A stretch of 64,000 nt of DNA, taken from the NCBI GenBank assembly GCA_048013815.1, contig CM106586.1, positions 13,206,001-13,270,000 of the forward strand, written 5' to 3'. Made by a program: the position numbers and the translations under genes. The notes beneath the pieces were generated by a model, which saw only the letters and a list, made by a program, of their open reading frames with translations, was not told the origin of the DNA and ran no database searches. Shown one piece after another: positions 12,968 to 23,676 of this stretch. How positions within the stretch are numbered: the first letter of the stretch is position 1; every line of letters starts with the position of its first letter. The stretch comes from Setoptus koraiensis (taxonomy: Eukaryota > Animalia > Arthropoda).

Positions 12968-14551
12968 CTATGATGATGATAATATAATATAGGTAGATAA
13001 TATAAATAATAATAGAGGTAAATCATAAACAGCGATGATATATTTTTGGTGACATTATTATCGATGATATTGTTGTGATTCTGCTGCTGCTGCTCTACAT
13101 TAAAGGCGCTCTCAGAAAAATGGAGCGACAATTCATACATGTAAGTGTTCACATGTGAGTTTGTATCAATGGCCCACCGGAGGCTTGAGTGTAAATCCGC
13201 CAGGGCGGCTGCGTGAGTCACTCACAAGCGAGCGCAGTTGTCAGTGAGTGCGCCAGTGGGCAGTTGTCTGCAGACGGGGCTCATCTGCAGACAAGCTGCG
13301 TATTTTGATTGAAGTTGAGCAGCGCGAGCGGAAACATTTGTGGATACAGCGCGCGCGCTTGCGAGCGTTAATTGTGGCGCCCGGAGCGCGCCTAGCGGCC
13401 GGAGCGAAAGCCACCGGAAGGCCTTGCGAGTGGGCGCAGCGAGAGTGGGCCGATGTGTGCGATGCGATATGCGATATGTGTGTTCATAAAACACACACAC
13501 CCGCCCGCGAATGAATGGCGCACTGACAATTCTGTTCCGCGCTGTTCCGTTCTGCGCTGCACTGCGCTGTTTTCTTCCGATTGGGCAGCATGTGTGCAGG
13601 CTGGCCGCAGTGCGGCCAGTGCACTGCACACACACACACACAGTGCACATGCGAGTGCAGCCAGTGCACGCCAGTCACACAATCAACATCTGGTTCTAGT
13701 TTGTGCGTGCTGCACCGTGTGACCGTTCGACCGAACGAGCGTGAGAATGCGTGTCCGTGCGTGCAACACACCCGCTCTATTGTGTTGTCCCGTTCGTCTA
13801 TCGTCCGCTGTCGTTTGTTGTTGACCACTCGCTGGTGCGTTCGTCCGCCCGTCCGTCCGTTCGTTCGTTCGTCTCCGTTTGGCCGCAATTGTGCATAGGA
13901 TTCCTTCGATTATCCCAGCGCGATATATATACAAAACATATATAAACTGTCGTGGCTATTGACTTCTTTTAAAATTTATCTATAACATAATACTTCTCTC
14001 TGACTACTTGTCAGTAATATAATGCTGTATCTCTGGCACGGCTCGAACGCTTGTCCGGCGCTCAAACGGCGCTAATAGTTTGTTTGTACGCTGGCTGCAA
14101 CCGTTTGGCCATTGGCAACCAAATGTACACTTTGTACGGCTATACACTAGACCCACGAGACGACTACATTACTTTTTACGCCATTATTATTATTTTGCTG
14201 CACCACCATTTTATGTACACCACACACCACTCCGCTGCCACTAATATGGTATAAATAATATAATTTATTTTATTATGCCCACCGCCAGCAACACCATTTG
14301 ACCAGATGACAGCGATGAGCGTCACCACCACAAGGACACACTTAATATTGACTATTCAACAATATTGACCATATATCGACCATTGCCACCATTGCCACCA
14401 TAGCGAGCATCATGCAACTCTGACCACCAATTCAACCAAATTGGCGTTTCTCAATCACTTGCCAGCACCGTCCAGCCAGCCAGCCAGCACTATCTCACTT
14501 GAATAGCAGCACTATTTTTTCATAATAATTAGTCCATTGAGCAACAACACC

Positions 14552-16073
14552 ATGCACAAACCGCTTCCGCTCCTATTGTACTGTATATTTGCAAACTTTC
14601 TCATAATCAACTGTTCAGCGCCTCATTCACACGCTGCCAGCCATGCCAGCACCTCTGGCCAGACCGCCGTTACCTCAAGCCGCGCTAACAGTCGCGTCAG
14701 TAACGATCGTCCTATCTGTGTAAATGTACCCACTAATCTGAGCTTCTGTCAGCCGCTGGGCTGGGGAAGCAAGATGCGACTTCCAAACTTGCTGGAGCAC
14801 CAATCCACACATGAGGTCGGTACACGCAATAACAATCTACAACTATCTATCTTATCAGTCATGTGACAAATTCATCATTAATCTCCAAAACATTCCAACA
14901 CTTTACAACATTTTACAGGTACAACTGCACGCTTCCACCTGGCAACAGCTTCAAGCCACCAAATGTAGTCCGGACTTGTCATTGTTCATATGTTCCATAT
15001 TGACGCCTGTCTGCTTAGATGTCGTTGTTCCGCCATGTCGATCTCTATGCTTGTCCGTCAAGGGAAATTGCGAGCCAATCATGAAAAGATATGATTACAG
15101 TTGGCCAAAAATCATTGATTGCAACAAGTTTCCCATCAACAAAGACATGTGCATAAGCCACGCAACAGAACTAGCAACAACGGATAGTGATTTTAGTTCA
15201 GCTACCGACATAATTAGCGAAACACATTCTAGTAATCGTAATCAAACTTCACAAACTGAAGATATAAACTCTATCAAGAGGAAAAAGGCCAAGAAGAATC
15301 GTCCAAATAGCAGGAAAAACTCAACTGTCTCAAATCAGCCAGCCCAGCCTGTCATTGAGTCATCTTTTCCATTTGATCCATCATCGAGGCCCAGAGATGA
15401 ACGCAAACAACCAGTCCAAATCGATAAAACAGTTGCACCGTTCGCTGACACCACAACTGCTCTATCTACGCATATCAATGAGACATCTCCAGATTTCAGC
15501 TATACAAATCAATCTAATGTCAACTTTATCCAGCTCTTTTGTTCGACCCATTCAGAGTGGTTAATCAAAACAAAAATTAACGACTTGCAACTATTTCGAG
15601 CTCAAGATAAAAGGAGAATGAAATTGAGATTTTATAAACAAATCTATGGACAGCCAATCAGTAGCAATTCTAAAAATTCAAAAAATAACTCTCACATAAT
15701 TGTCCATCTGACAAACAAAACATTAGCATTAACTTATAACCAAAAATCGATACATTCCAACCTATTTGACAATCTTGTGGCCAGTTCATCGATAAGTTCA
15801 AGTCCAGTCAATGCCAATAGTACGCACAATTTGATGCAATCCTATCTTTTAGCAGGTAAGACTTTGAAGAATCAGCAAAGACTTATTACAATGTGGATGT
15901 TGTGGCCAAGAAAAGATTCAGATCATGCTAGCCAGTCCAGTGAAGATAGATTGCCTAATATTAATCAAAATCTTCTTCAAGATTACAAGGAAATCAAAAA
16001 GAAAGGCGCTAAAGTATGCAATCAGTTTTCTACTCGACCAACCAGGAAAAGTGGCTCCACCAGTCATACGTAA
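14552..16073 (+). CDS. sFRP: Secreted frizzled-related protein (sFRP1/2/5-like); exons 14552-14815, 14919-16073; 472 aa
   Basis: Signal peptide (MHKPLPLLLYCIFANFLIINCSA). 10-Cys frizzled CRD with the sFRP1/2/5 signature MRLPNLLEH..E|V.....W...C...FICS...PVCLD...PCRSLC. 103-nt phase-0 GT-AG intron. Degenerate NTR-like C-terminus (FC...EWLIKTKI). No TM segment. Confidence 0.88.
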
Positions 16074-16451
16074 CATGGTGAATAGATTACTGATAGTTAC
16101 CATAGCATTGAAGTAGCTACAGACTTCTGCACTTAGTAGGGGTCACAAACTATATCAGAAAGAGTCTCATACAACGTGATCACACACAATCAAGATTAAC
16201 ACATATCACCCCCAGGAACCAGACAAATATTCATCTTCGTCACGTCGTCCATGCCAACGATGAAGGTGATCCTGCAAATTTTTGCTGGTTTCTACACGAT
16301 ATTAACGTCCAGGAGAGAAGTAACAGTATCACTCAAATGACGTATTAGTATCTAAGATAAATAAGCTTAATAATTATAATAGTCTTTTTTATCTATACTA
16401 CTTGATAGTAATTATTGCAAATCATTTTATTTAGTTTATTGCATAATATGG

Positions 16452-19079
16452 CTATCTGATTGTACTAGAATCATCTAGCTGCTGCAAGATATTATTATCA
16501 ACGACAGGCTGGGGATCTAATTCGGATACTTGAGGAGTATTCAGTGTATGATCTAATTGGTTGTTCTGAGCATTATTATTGTCGCTCGTTGAAGCATTCG
16601 TTGCAGAGTCGACAACACTAGTAAATCTTGGATTGGTGTTACTATTGCTGTTATTGGTACCGATTCCCGAGTTACTTGTTAGGTTAAATGATAGATTTGA
16701 ATCCAAGTTGAGCATAAGTGTAGAATTGAATGCAATCTCTTTCATCAATGTAGTATCTAAGCCATCTAGACCTAGACTATCTAATCTGGTTGACAACGCG
16801 TTGGTATCGGGTGTATTATTTCTGCTTGCATGTTGTGGCCTGTCATCAGACATTGGGCGTGGACTCCTTTCAACTATTTGCATGATCTTACCATCATCAT
16901 CAATGATTTCATGCTTCACAACAACTCTATTAGATAGTGGTGGTTTATGTTGCTGTTGCTGTACTTCGTAGTGATTTATTTGTTTACGGAGACACTGAGC
17001 AGCAGCGTCACCTTCAGCAGCACTAGTCAAATTGTCCAGCCTCTGTAGGTCCATTCTGACATTTGCATTAGGGGAGTGTTGTTGATCAGGAACAGGTGTA
17101 GAACTAAACTGCGGAGAAATACTGTTGCTAGCAATAGGCGCTGGCGAGTGATTATCTGTAGGGACATTTAGACGCTGATTGTTGACGTAGTAGCTTGCAG
17201 TATTAGTGCTGTAGGACGTATCCACTCCAGGTCGACTACCATCAGGTGTATCTTGAAATCTGGCTTGGTGATGATGATGACCTAGCAAGTTTGGCGAAGG
17301 TGTATTCTGTCGCGAACAGTTATCATTTTGAACATTGCGTTGCTGGTGATAATTGTAAGCTTGCTGATTGTGGGTACCAGAACCAGGTGCTTTTATTGCG
17401 AGCAAATTGGGTGATAATGATGGTGATGCAACATCCTGAGAATTTGTTTGTTGATTGAGTTGATAGTTGGCGAAGGTAGCCTTGTTGGTGTAGATTTTAC
17501 GGCCGTCTAAACCACCAGCTGTGTCGGCAGTCAGATTGACCTGTTGAGACATAGAAGTGGACGCGTTGAGAAGTTGATCGTGATTCGAAATCAATGCCTG
17601 ATTGGTGAGATGCTGTTGCTGTTGTTGAGGATAATGTTGTTGCTGTTGCAAATGAGAAGGTATAATTTGGGCCTGCTGGAAGTGGTGACTGTATGGCATT
17701 TGCTGGTGTTGCTGTTGATATTGCTGATGAGGTTGCAGAATGTTTTCTCTGACATAATTATTCAAGTCTATTTTTTCAATCTTTTGTCTTTTTCTAGCTA
17801 CAATATCTTCGTCGTTCTCGCAAGGTAAAAACTGGAATAGTCTTGGTTCGCTAACTTGATTATCAGACGGTCTCTTCAATTGTACACGAACCATAACCGG
17901 ATGTTGAATGTTCTCAGTGTGATATTTTGGTGTTCTGAAACAAATCGCGGCCTGTTTGTGCACGTCGTTAGGTTGAAATTCAGAATACTGTTCCCATAAT
18001 AATTTTCCATTTACCTCCTCATAGAATCTTATCTGGATATCATCTTTGGAGATTCTATCGCACAACAAAATCACCTCACGTCCTCCAGTGGCTGGCGCTG
18101 AACAATGGCTCAGCTTTGTTATTACCAAGTCTGACATGGCTTTTTTATCGTGAATAGGCTCGGAAACAACGGGCGCCAGGGGCACTGTGCAAGTCTTGCC
18201 ATCGGGGCCTTCTATGAATACTTGAAAGCACAATCTAACAACGTTTAAGTCTATGTTCGAAATACGCTGCTTATGGGCGAATCCCGTCCTGAATGGATCA
18301 ACTTGAATAGTTTCCCTAAGATTGAGCGATTCTTCAATATCTCTCTTTTTGACACATTGTACACCAAGACTAGTGAAACTACAAATCATATCAGAATTGT
18401 TATTCATAACAATGGTGCAAATACCTTTCTTGCATCCTTCTTTACCCACTATGTTGTGAGGGTGAGGCCTGAAAGGATAGTCTTTAGTGACGCAAGACAC
18501 TACTACAACTGCTTTTCCAACATAATTCATTACTTGTATTGTGGGGTATGTTTTGTTATCTGTAGTTGAATTTGCACCAGGCAATGAGCCCGCCGACCTG
18601 CCCTCACATTCATATCTAAACCTCAATGAGCATCTAGCTGGTTGTTCAATGATTTTAACATATGGTCTAGAGACTAGGCTCTTGGATGGTGTCATTAGTT
18701 TAGTGTTTGTGGACATTTGCATCCCTGATTCATTGACCATTTTGTTGTTGTACGTCGAAGGATTAATAGATGAATGATTCACTTGTTGCTTTACAATATT
18801 GTTGTTATTGTTTACAGGATTACCGTAACCACCATACTGGAATTGTTGTTCTTTCACTGCATGAGATTTATCTAATAAGATGTTGGCGTACAAGTTGTCT
18901 GTTTGTTGTTGTTGCTGTTGATCTCCTTGATTTTGATATTTCGATTCCTCCAAATTGATGAGAGCCTCTATATCGTCTAGAGTTTCATTGTGTTGATCAT
19001 TGTTTATTGTACTCTCATTATTGGTGACCTCTGGTGTCTTGCGTTCGTTCAAGAAAGGTTCTCTGGTCGTCTGATACAT
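16452..19079 (-). CDS. dl: Dorsal/Rel (class II NF-kB) transcription factor, single coding exon, 875 aa
   Basis: RHD (PYVKIIEQPA..LRFRYECEGRSAGSLPG, RPHPHNIVGKEGCKKG), IPT domain (GGREVILLCDRISKDDIQIRF), KRPS site, NLS RKRQK and a Q/N/S-rich C-terminus without ankyrin repeats. Confidence 0.97.
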   Translation of the reverse strand: MYQTTREPFLNERKTPEVTNNESTINNDQHNETLDDIEALINLEESKYQNQGDQQQQQQTDNLYANILLDKSHAVKEQQFQYGGYGNPVNNNNNIVKQQVNHSSINPSTYNNKMVNESGMQMSTNTKLMTPSKSLVSRPYVKIIEQPARCSLRFRYECEGRSAGSLPGANSTTDNKTYPTIQVMNYVGKAVVVVSCVTKDYPFRPHPHNIVGKEGCKKGICTIVMNNNSDMICSFTSLGVQCVKKRDIEESLNLRETIQVDPFRTGFAHKQRISNIDLNVVRLCFQVFIEGPDGKTCTVPLAPVVSEPIHDKKAMSDLVITKLSHCSAPATGGREVILLCDRISKDDIQIRFYEEVNGKLLWEQYSEFQPNDVHKQAAICFRTPKYHTENIQHPVMVRVQLKRPSDNQVSEPRLFQFLPCENDEDIVARKRQKIEKIDLNNYVRENILQPHQQYQQQHQQMPYSHHFQQAQIIPSHLQQQQHYPQQQQQHLTNQALISNHDQLLNASTSMSQQVNLTADTAGGLDGRKIYTNKATFANYQLNQQTNSQDVASPSLSPNLLAIKAPGSGTHNQQAYNYHQQRNVQNDNCSRQNTPSPNLLGHHHHQARFQDTPDGSRPGVDTSYSTNTASYYVNNQRLNVPTDNHSPAPIASNSISPQFSSTPVPDQQHSPNANVRMDLQRLDNLTSAAEGDAAAQCLRKQINHYEVQQQQHKPPLSNRVVVKHEIIDDDGKIMQIVERSPRPMSDDRPQHASRNNTPDTNALSTRLDSLGLDGLDTTLMKEIAFNSTLMLNLDSNLSFNLTSNSGIGTNNSNSNTNPRFTSVVDSATNASTSDNNNAQNNQLDHTLNTPQVSELDPQPVVDNNILQQLDDSSTIR

Positions 19080-21019
19080 AATATCAATGATACTGATGAT
19101 AATAACAATAATATTGATAATAATATTAATAATTGTGATAATATGTTAGTAATAGTGTAAATTGGATAATATGAGTCAGCATTCAATCACTAAATGTGTC
19201 AACGTACATGGACGTTCGTCAGTCGGACCATAGCATAGTCTCTATGTTGCTTAGTAATATTAAAACAGTTTTTTGTCAATTAACAAATAATAATATAGTT
19301 TTCAATTAGATCAAACAGTATTGCCTAGGTTCCGTGGAATGTCCTGGTTTGCTTTAAAGTCGGTCCCCAATACAAGATCGAGATTGACCTCAACAGGTAG
19401 CTAAGCTAGTTACATACAAGAATTGATGAGCCAATCATAGTGTGTTGAGCGTAGATTTGTACGGTTTTTAATGTATTTTTGAGCAATGGTACCGCCAATG
19501 TGATTGATGAACACACAATTACAAGAATACAATGGTATTCAATCTGTAATATTTTTGGAAATATTCTATGAGCTTCTATAGTATTAGTACGGTAGTACTA
19601 TTAACATTATTGATAATAATTCTTGTTGAAGCAGTGGCAAGATGATAATAATAAAGAGTGACTATGTAACAGCAGTGGCACTCGGTGACGAATAATAGAT
19701 AATAATAGGCAGCAACATAAAGTGTGTCTCTATGTGATCCTAAATGGTGATAATCTCTAGGCCAATGGTAATGATAATAAAATTACTACTAACAATACAG
19801 TATTAATAACAAGTGCACAACGTTGTTATTGCTATAGTGGCTCCTTTAGTTTTTGTTCGCTTGATTGACTTGTTGCATTATTATTAAATCAATTGTGACA
19901 ATTCTTTTTCTTTCAATTCGTTTCAATTGTGTTTACGCGATTAACAGCCTTACCCAAAACGATTAGTATGTGTTGTGTGTAGTGGTTCCATTAGATTAGA
20001 TGTAGCGTTGAACTAGCACTAACGTTGTTGTGACAACTTGATAAAATTCGCCAACAACAGCAACGAAAAAAGGCTTGCTGTTATGATTATGACTGGTAGC
20101 AAAATTGATGATATTGGTCGTTTATATTTGTTGTTGTTGTTATTATTATAAATATTAGTGAAAACTGATCCCTACTGGTGACTCGTTCGTCATGAGGCAT
20201 CCCGGCGATTGAAGAAACACTCCGGTGTCGGCCAGCATTTTATAACAAACACAAACGAGCCAACACTTTGTTAGTGGAATATCTCACAACGATTTTATAA
20301 TCAACACAAAACTAACAATGTATACTAATGATAATATGTATGTATATATAAATAGTGTGATATGATTGAGATTTTCAGATTCACGTTGCCAGATTTAATT
20401 ATCAGCCAGACCATTGGCTGCGCTTGTTTTTGATTTTGTTACTGCGCAAACTAGATGAATACTTCACAGGAGCAGCTTGGTTCAACTAAAAGAACCAACA
20501 AAAACAGGCTGACTTACAAATAAACTCAAAAGCTTCGGCTAGGCATTCGAACACACTAGCGCTACGGTGAGTTATCAACAACAACAGGTTGTTGTACGCA
20601 CCTGTTAGTCAGTTTGACTCTGTTTTGCTTACCTTTTTGCACATTTTTCACTTACAAAAATTTGCGCACAATTCAATCTGTGTGCCACTGTGCCACAAAT
20701 ATTTGTAATACTATTATATTATATATAATATAATAAGATATATCATTATTATTATCATTACAGCCGTAGTATCAACCTGACTGACCGGCGCTCGCTTGCC
20801 GATTCCAATGACAAGCGCCTCCGAATGACCAAAGGTGTTCGCACGGATTGTACGCAATCATTCGCGTGAGTTGCGCAACTGTCAACACTGGCCTCCAATC
20901 GGCGGCCCTCACCAGCCAGACACACAGCTGATTGGGAGAGCGCCAAGAATTGTTTAAAGTTTACGGCTTCATCTTGTCAATAGTGTCTACTGGTAAGAGA
21001 TAATCCATTTTCATTCTAT

Positions 21020-21360
21020 TGTATGACTCATCGCGTCCTACGTGACAACACGGGCTACGTGACTGATTATTGGCTAGGTAACAGTGACTCATCTGTTTGC
21101 TCGTGCAAGCCTGCACGTACCAAACTTTACGCGTGTCAAGTCCTTGAGCGAGCGAACCTAACCCACACTTCCTGTCATCTTTGACCCACAACTCTCGGCC
21201 TCTATTGGCCAAAAAGCATTGTATACTGGCCGAAGGGGCCGGGGAATGCCCGAGCTGGGCCGGTTGCTGCAAAAGAACTGGTAGTGAGGGGGGTTTTTAC
21301 CCTTTTTTCTAACTCATCAACTAATACGTGCGAGGCAGTTTTCTACGGGACTATTTCCAC
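21020..21360. promoter_or_regulatory. Cluster of AP-1, ETS and kB-like sites upstream of Dorsal
   Basis: TGACTCA at 21024 and 21085; TACGTGAC at 21039 and 21056; CACTTCCTGT at 21166; GGGGAATGCCC at 21241; GGGTTTTTACCC at 21291; GGGACTATTTCC at about 21348. Confidence 0.4.
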
Positions 21361-23676
21361 TGACGCTCGACGCTTCGAGATTGCCCCAGTCAGCATGAGC
21401 CCCTGCCTTTGTGTCCCGGGTTCTCTCAATGAGCGTCATCGCCATCTAGTCCCTTTGCCTTTTAGCCCATGTTGGCCGTTCTCATTAACTTCTCATTAAT
21501 TAATCATTACTGCAATACTAGCTGAAGAAGTAAAAGTTGCGCGCCTATCTCATCTGATATCACACACACTAATGGTGTTATGTATTATTCAATGGTAGCA
21601 CTGACATCAACTCCATCAATTCTATGAATCAATTGATCGTAGTCGTCGTCGTCTCATTTGAGTTCATTCGACATAGACAAACACAGAACACATATACAAA
21701 CAGGTTTTTCCCAATTTCCCAGCATTTTAACACTGCACAGTGCATGAAGTGTTATCAGCGACAACAACAACAACTACCACAACAGGCTGTTACAATTAAA
21801 GGAGTTTACCATTGTCTCCCGTTATATTAATGGAGTTGTCGTGAAACAGTTTGTATGTCGTTTGAACGACCTGGTTTTCACCAAGAAGCCATTTCTTAGA
21901 ATTCAGAGAATGAGTAAAATAATGATTGATGTAATCAAATAAAAGTGTGTGCCCGTATAAGCGTTCGTTTTTTGGCAGCTGGGCAAATGAAAAGAGACGC
22001 ACTAATTGTGCAATTCATATCTTGATTGGTTGGACGCAGTGATTTTGTTGGCCACTAAAACTTTCTGCGACCATTTGCGACAGAGGTCGCCGGTATCGTG
22101 TTTGTTGATTGTCCGCCAATCTGGCGACCAAGCAAACGACAATTGTTTGCTGTCTTGCTGATCGATTATGTATTGTGTGTCATGTTTATTAGCCGTCGGC
22201 AATGTTACACCAAAGTTATATGGCATTGTGAGACGCAACAACAGCATTTAGTTGTTGTTGTTGTTGTTGTTTTCATTGCAAACTTTTATCGTTTCAACAA
22301 TGATACGAGAGAAGGAGATGAAAGTTTTGCAGCAAGTCCAACAAGTAAGATTGTAAGGTACGTGCAATTATCCCGTCCATCTATTATAACATGGAGACAA
22401 ATTATCTAATTAGTAACCAATTACCGGTAACAATTAATGTGAAGCTGCCAACGCTAACAAGCCACAACGAGCTTGTGAGCTTGCCAGCGAACAAGAGGCG
22501 AAGATTGAATGTGTGCCAGTGAGGTTCCCTCAAGTGAGACGATCCGTGGTCTGGCATCGTGTCGCTTGAATATCGTTTTTGTGACAATCCATTGAGATGC
22601 GACATGTGACATGAATAGCGGCGGCGTCATTCATTTATGAGTAGTCGCAGTAGTATGTATGCAGCTCGATCTTGCCAGCTCGGCTTGTTATATCTACTTG
22701 ATCTCAACTCAAGTTGGTAGGTGGTGCGTCGAGCGCGTGGAGATATTACACGCATTGTGAGCGCAGTTGTCGCAGTTCAGCAACGCGCAACGACGTCAGA
22801 CGGATATTTACTATTTGCATGATTCTATTATGAAGAACAAAAAGAGTTATCTAACATTTGTCATGCAACGCCAACGCTGGCAAGAGCCGCCGTGCCAGCG
22901 AGAAAGCGCCGAAGGGAACTCGTTTGCGTCTTGGCGTCTGTCGATACGACTAATTAACGTGACTGCTCGCTTGTGTTCCAAGAATCTCTCGAATGATGGC
23001 GCGACTTGCAACGAACGAAACGCCAGCTCATGACGTTGCAGCACCATTTTATATAACACAATTCATACAAAGATACAAAGATAATTCTCGGCTATTAACG
23101 CATAATGTTGCCAGAGATTTGCCAGAGATGTTGCCACTTGCCGTGTTATACAACCATGAACGCCACCAACAAAGAGAACAGGTTTTCTCATCGACACACT
23201 TGTAAACACACACACACACATATACAGCAATGAAAATCTTACAATACAGCTTGTGATCATGTGCCACAGAGGGCGCCAACATCAGTAAGCTGCTTCTCAA
23301 TTTGCGGGGGCAATTTGTGGTGGCAATTTGTAGTGTCAACTGTCATATTGTTGTTACACTCATTTTAATAATAATTAATAGTAATTATGATAATCAATAA
23401 TCGGATTATTACAATGACACTTTTGTCTGACAAGCTCTTTTGTGAGCCCATTGTCAGCATTCTCTGTGAATGGTGGTCGCCTCATGGCGGCGATGACAAG
23501 TTGCGTCAGTTTTCGAGGATAAGCAAGTGGGCCGACCGACTGCCGCGTGTCCGGGCCCCGACTGACCGATATTCCGAATATTCCGACTGTAAAAAGGGGC
23601 CTCGAGAGTGGCCTGCTCTTGTGTGAAATGTGATAACTTTGTTGTAATTAAATGCAAACTGATTGTAACCAGGGCC

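Noticed and set aside
12967-16892. Dorsal-SH2 fusion via the Dorsal GTAAGA and the acceptor before the SH2 ORF
   Set aside because: The donor is phase 1 and the acceptor is phase 0, so the fusion is out of frame.
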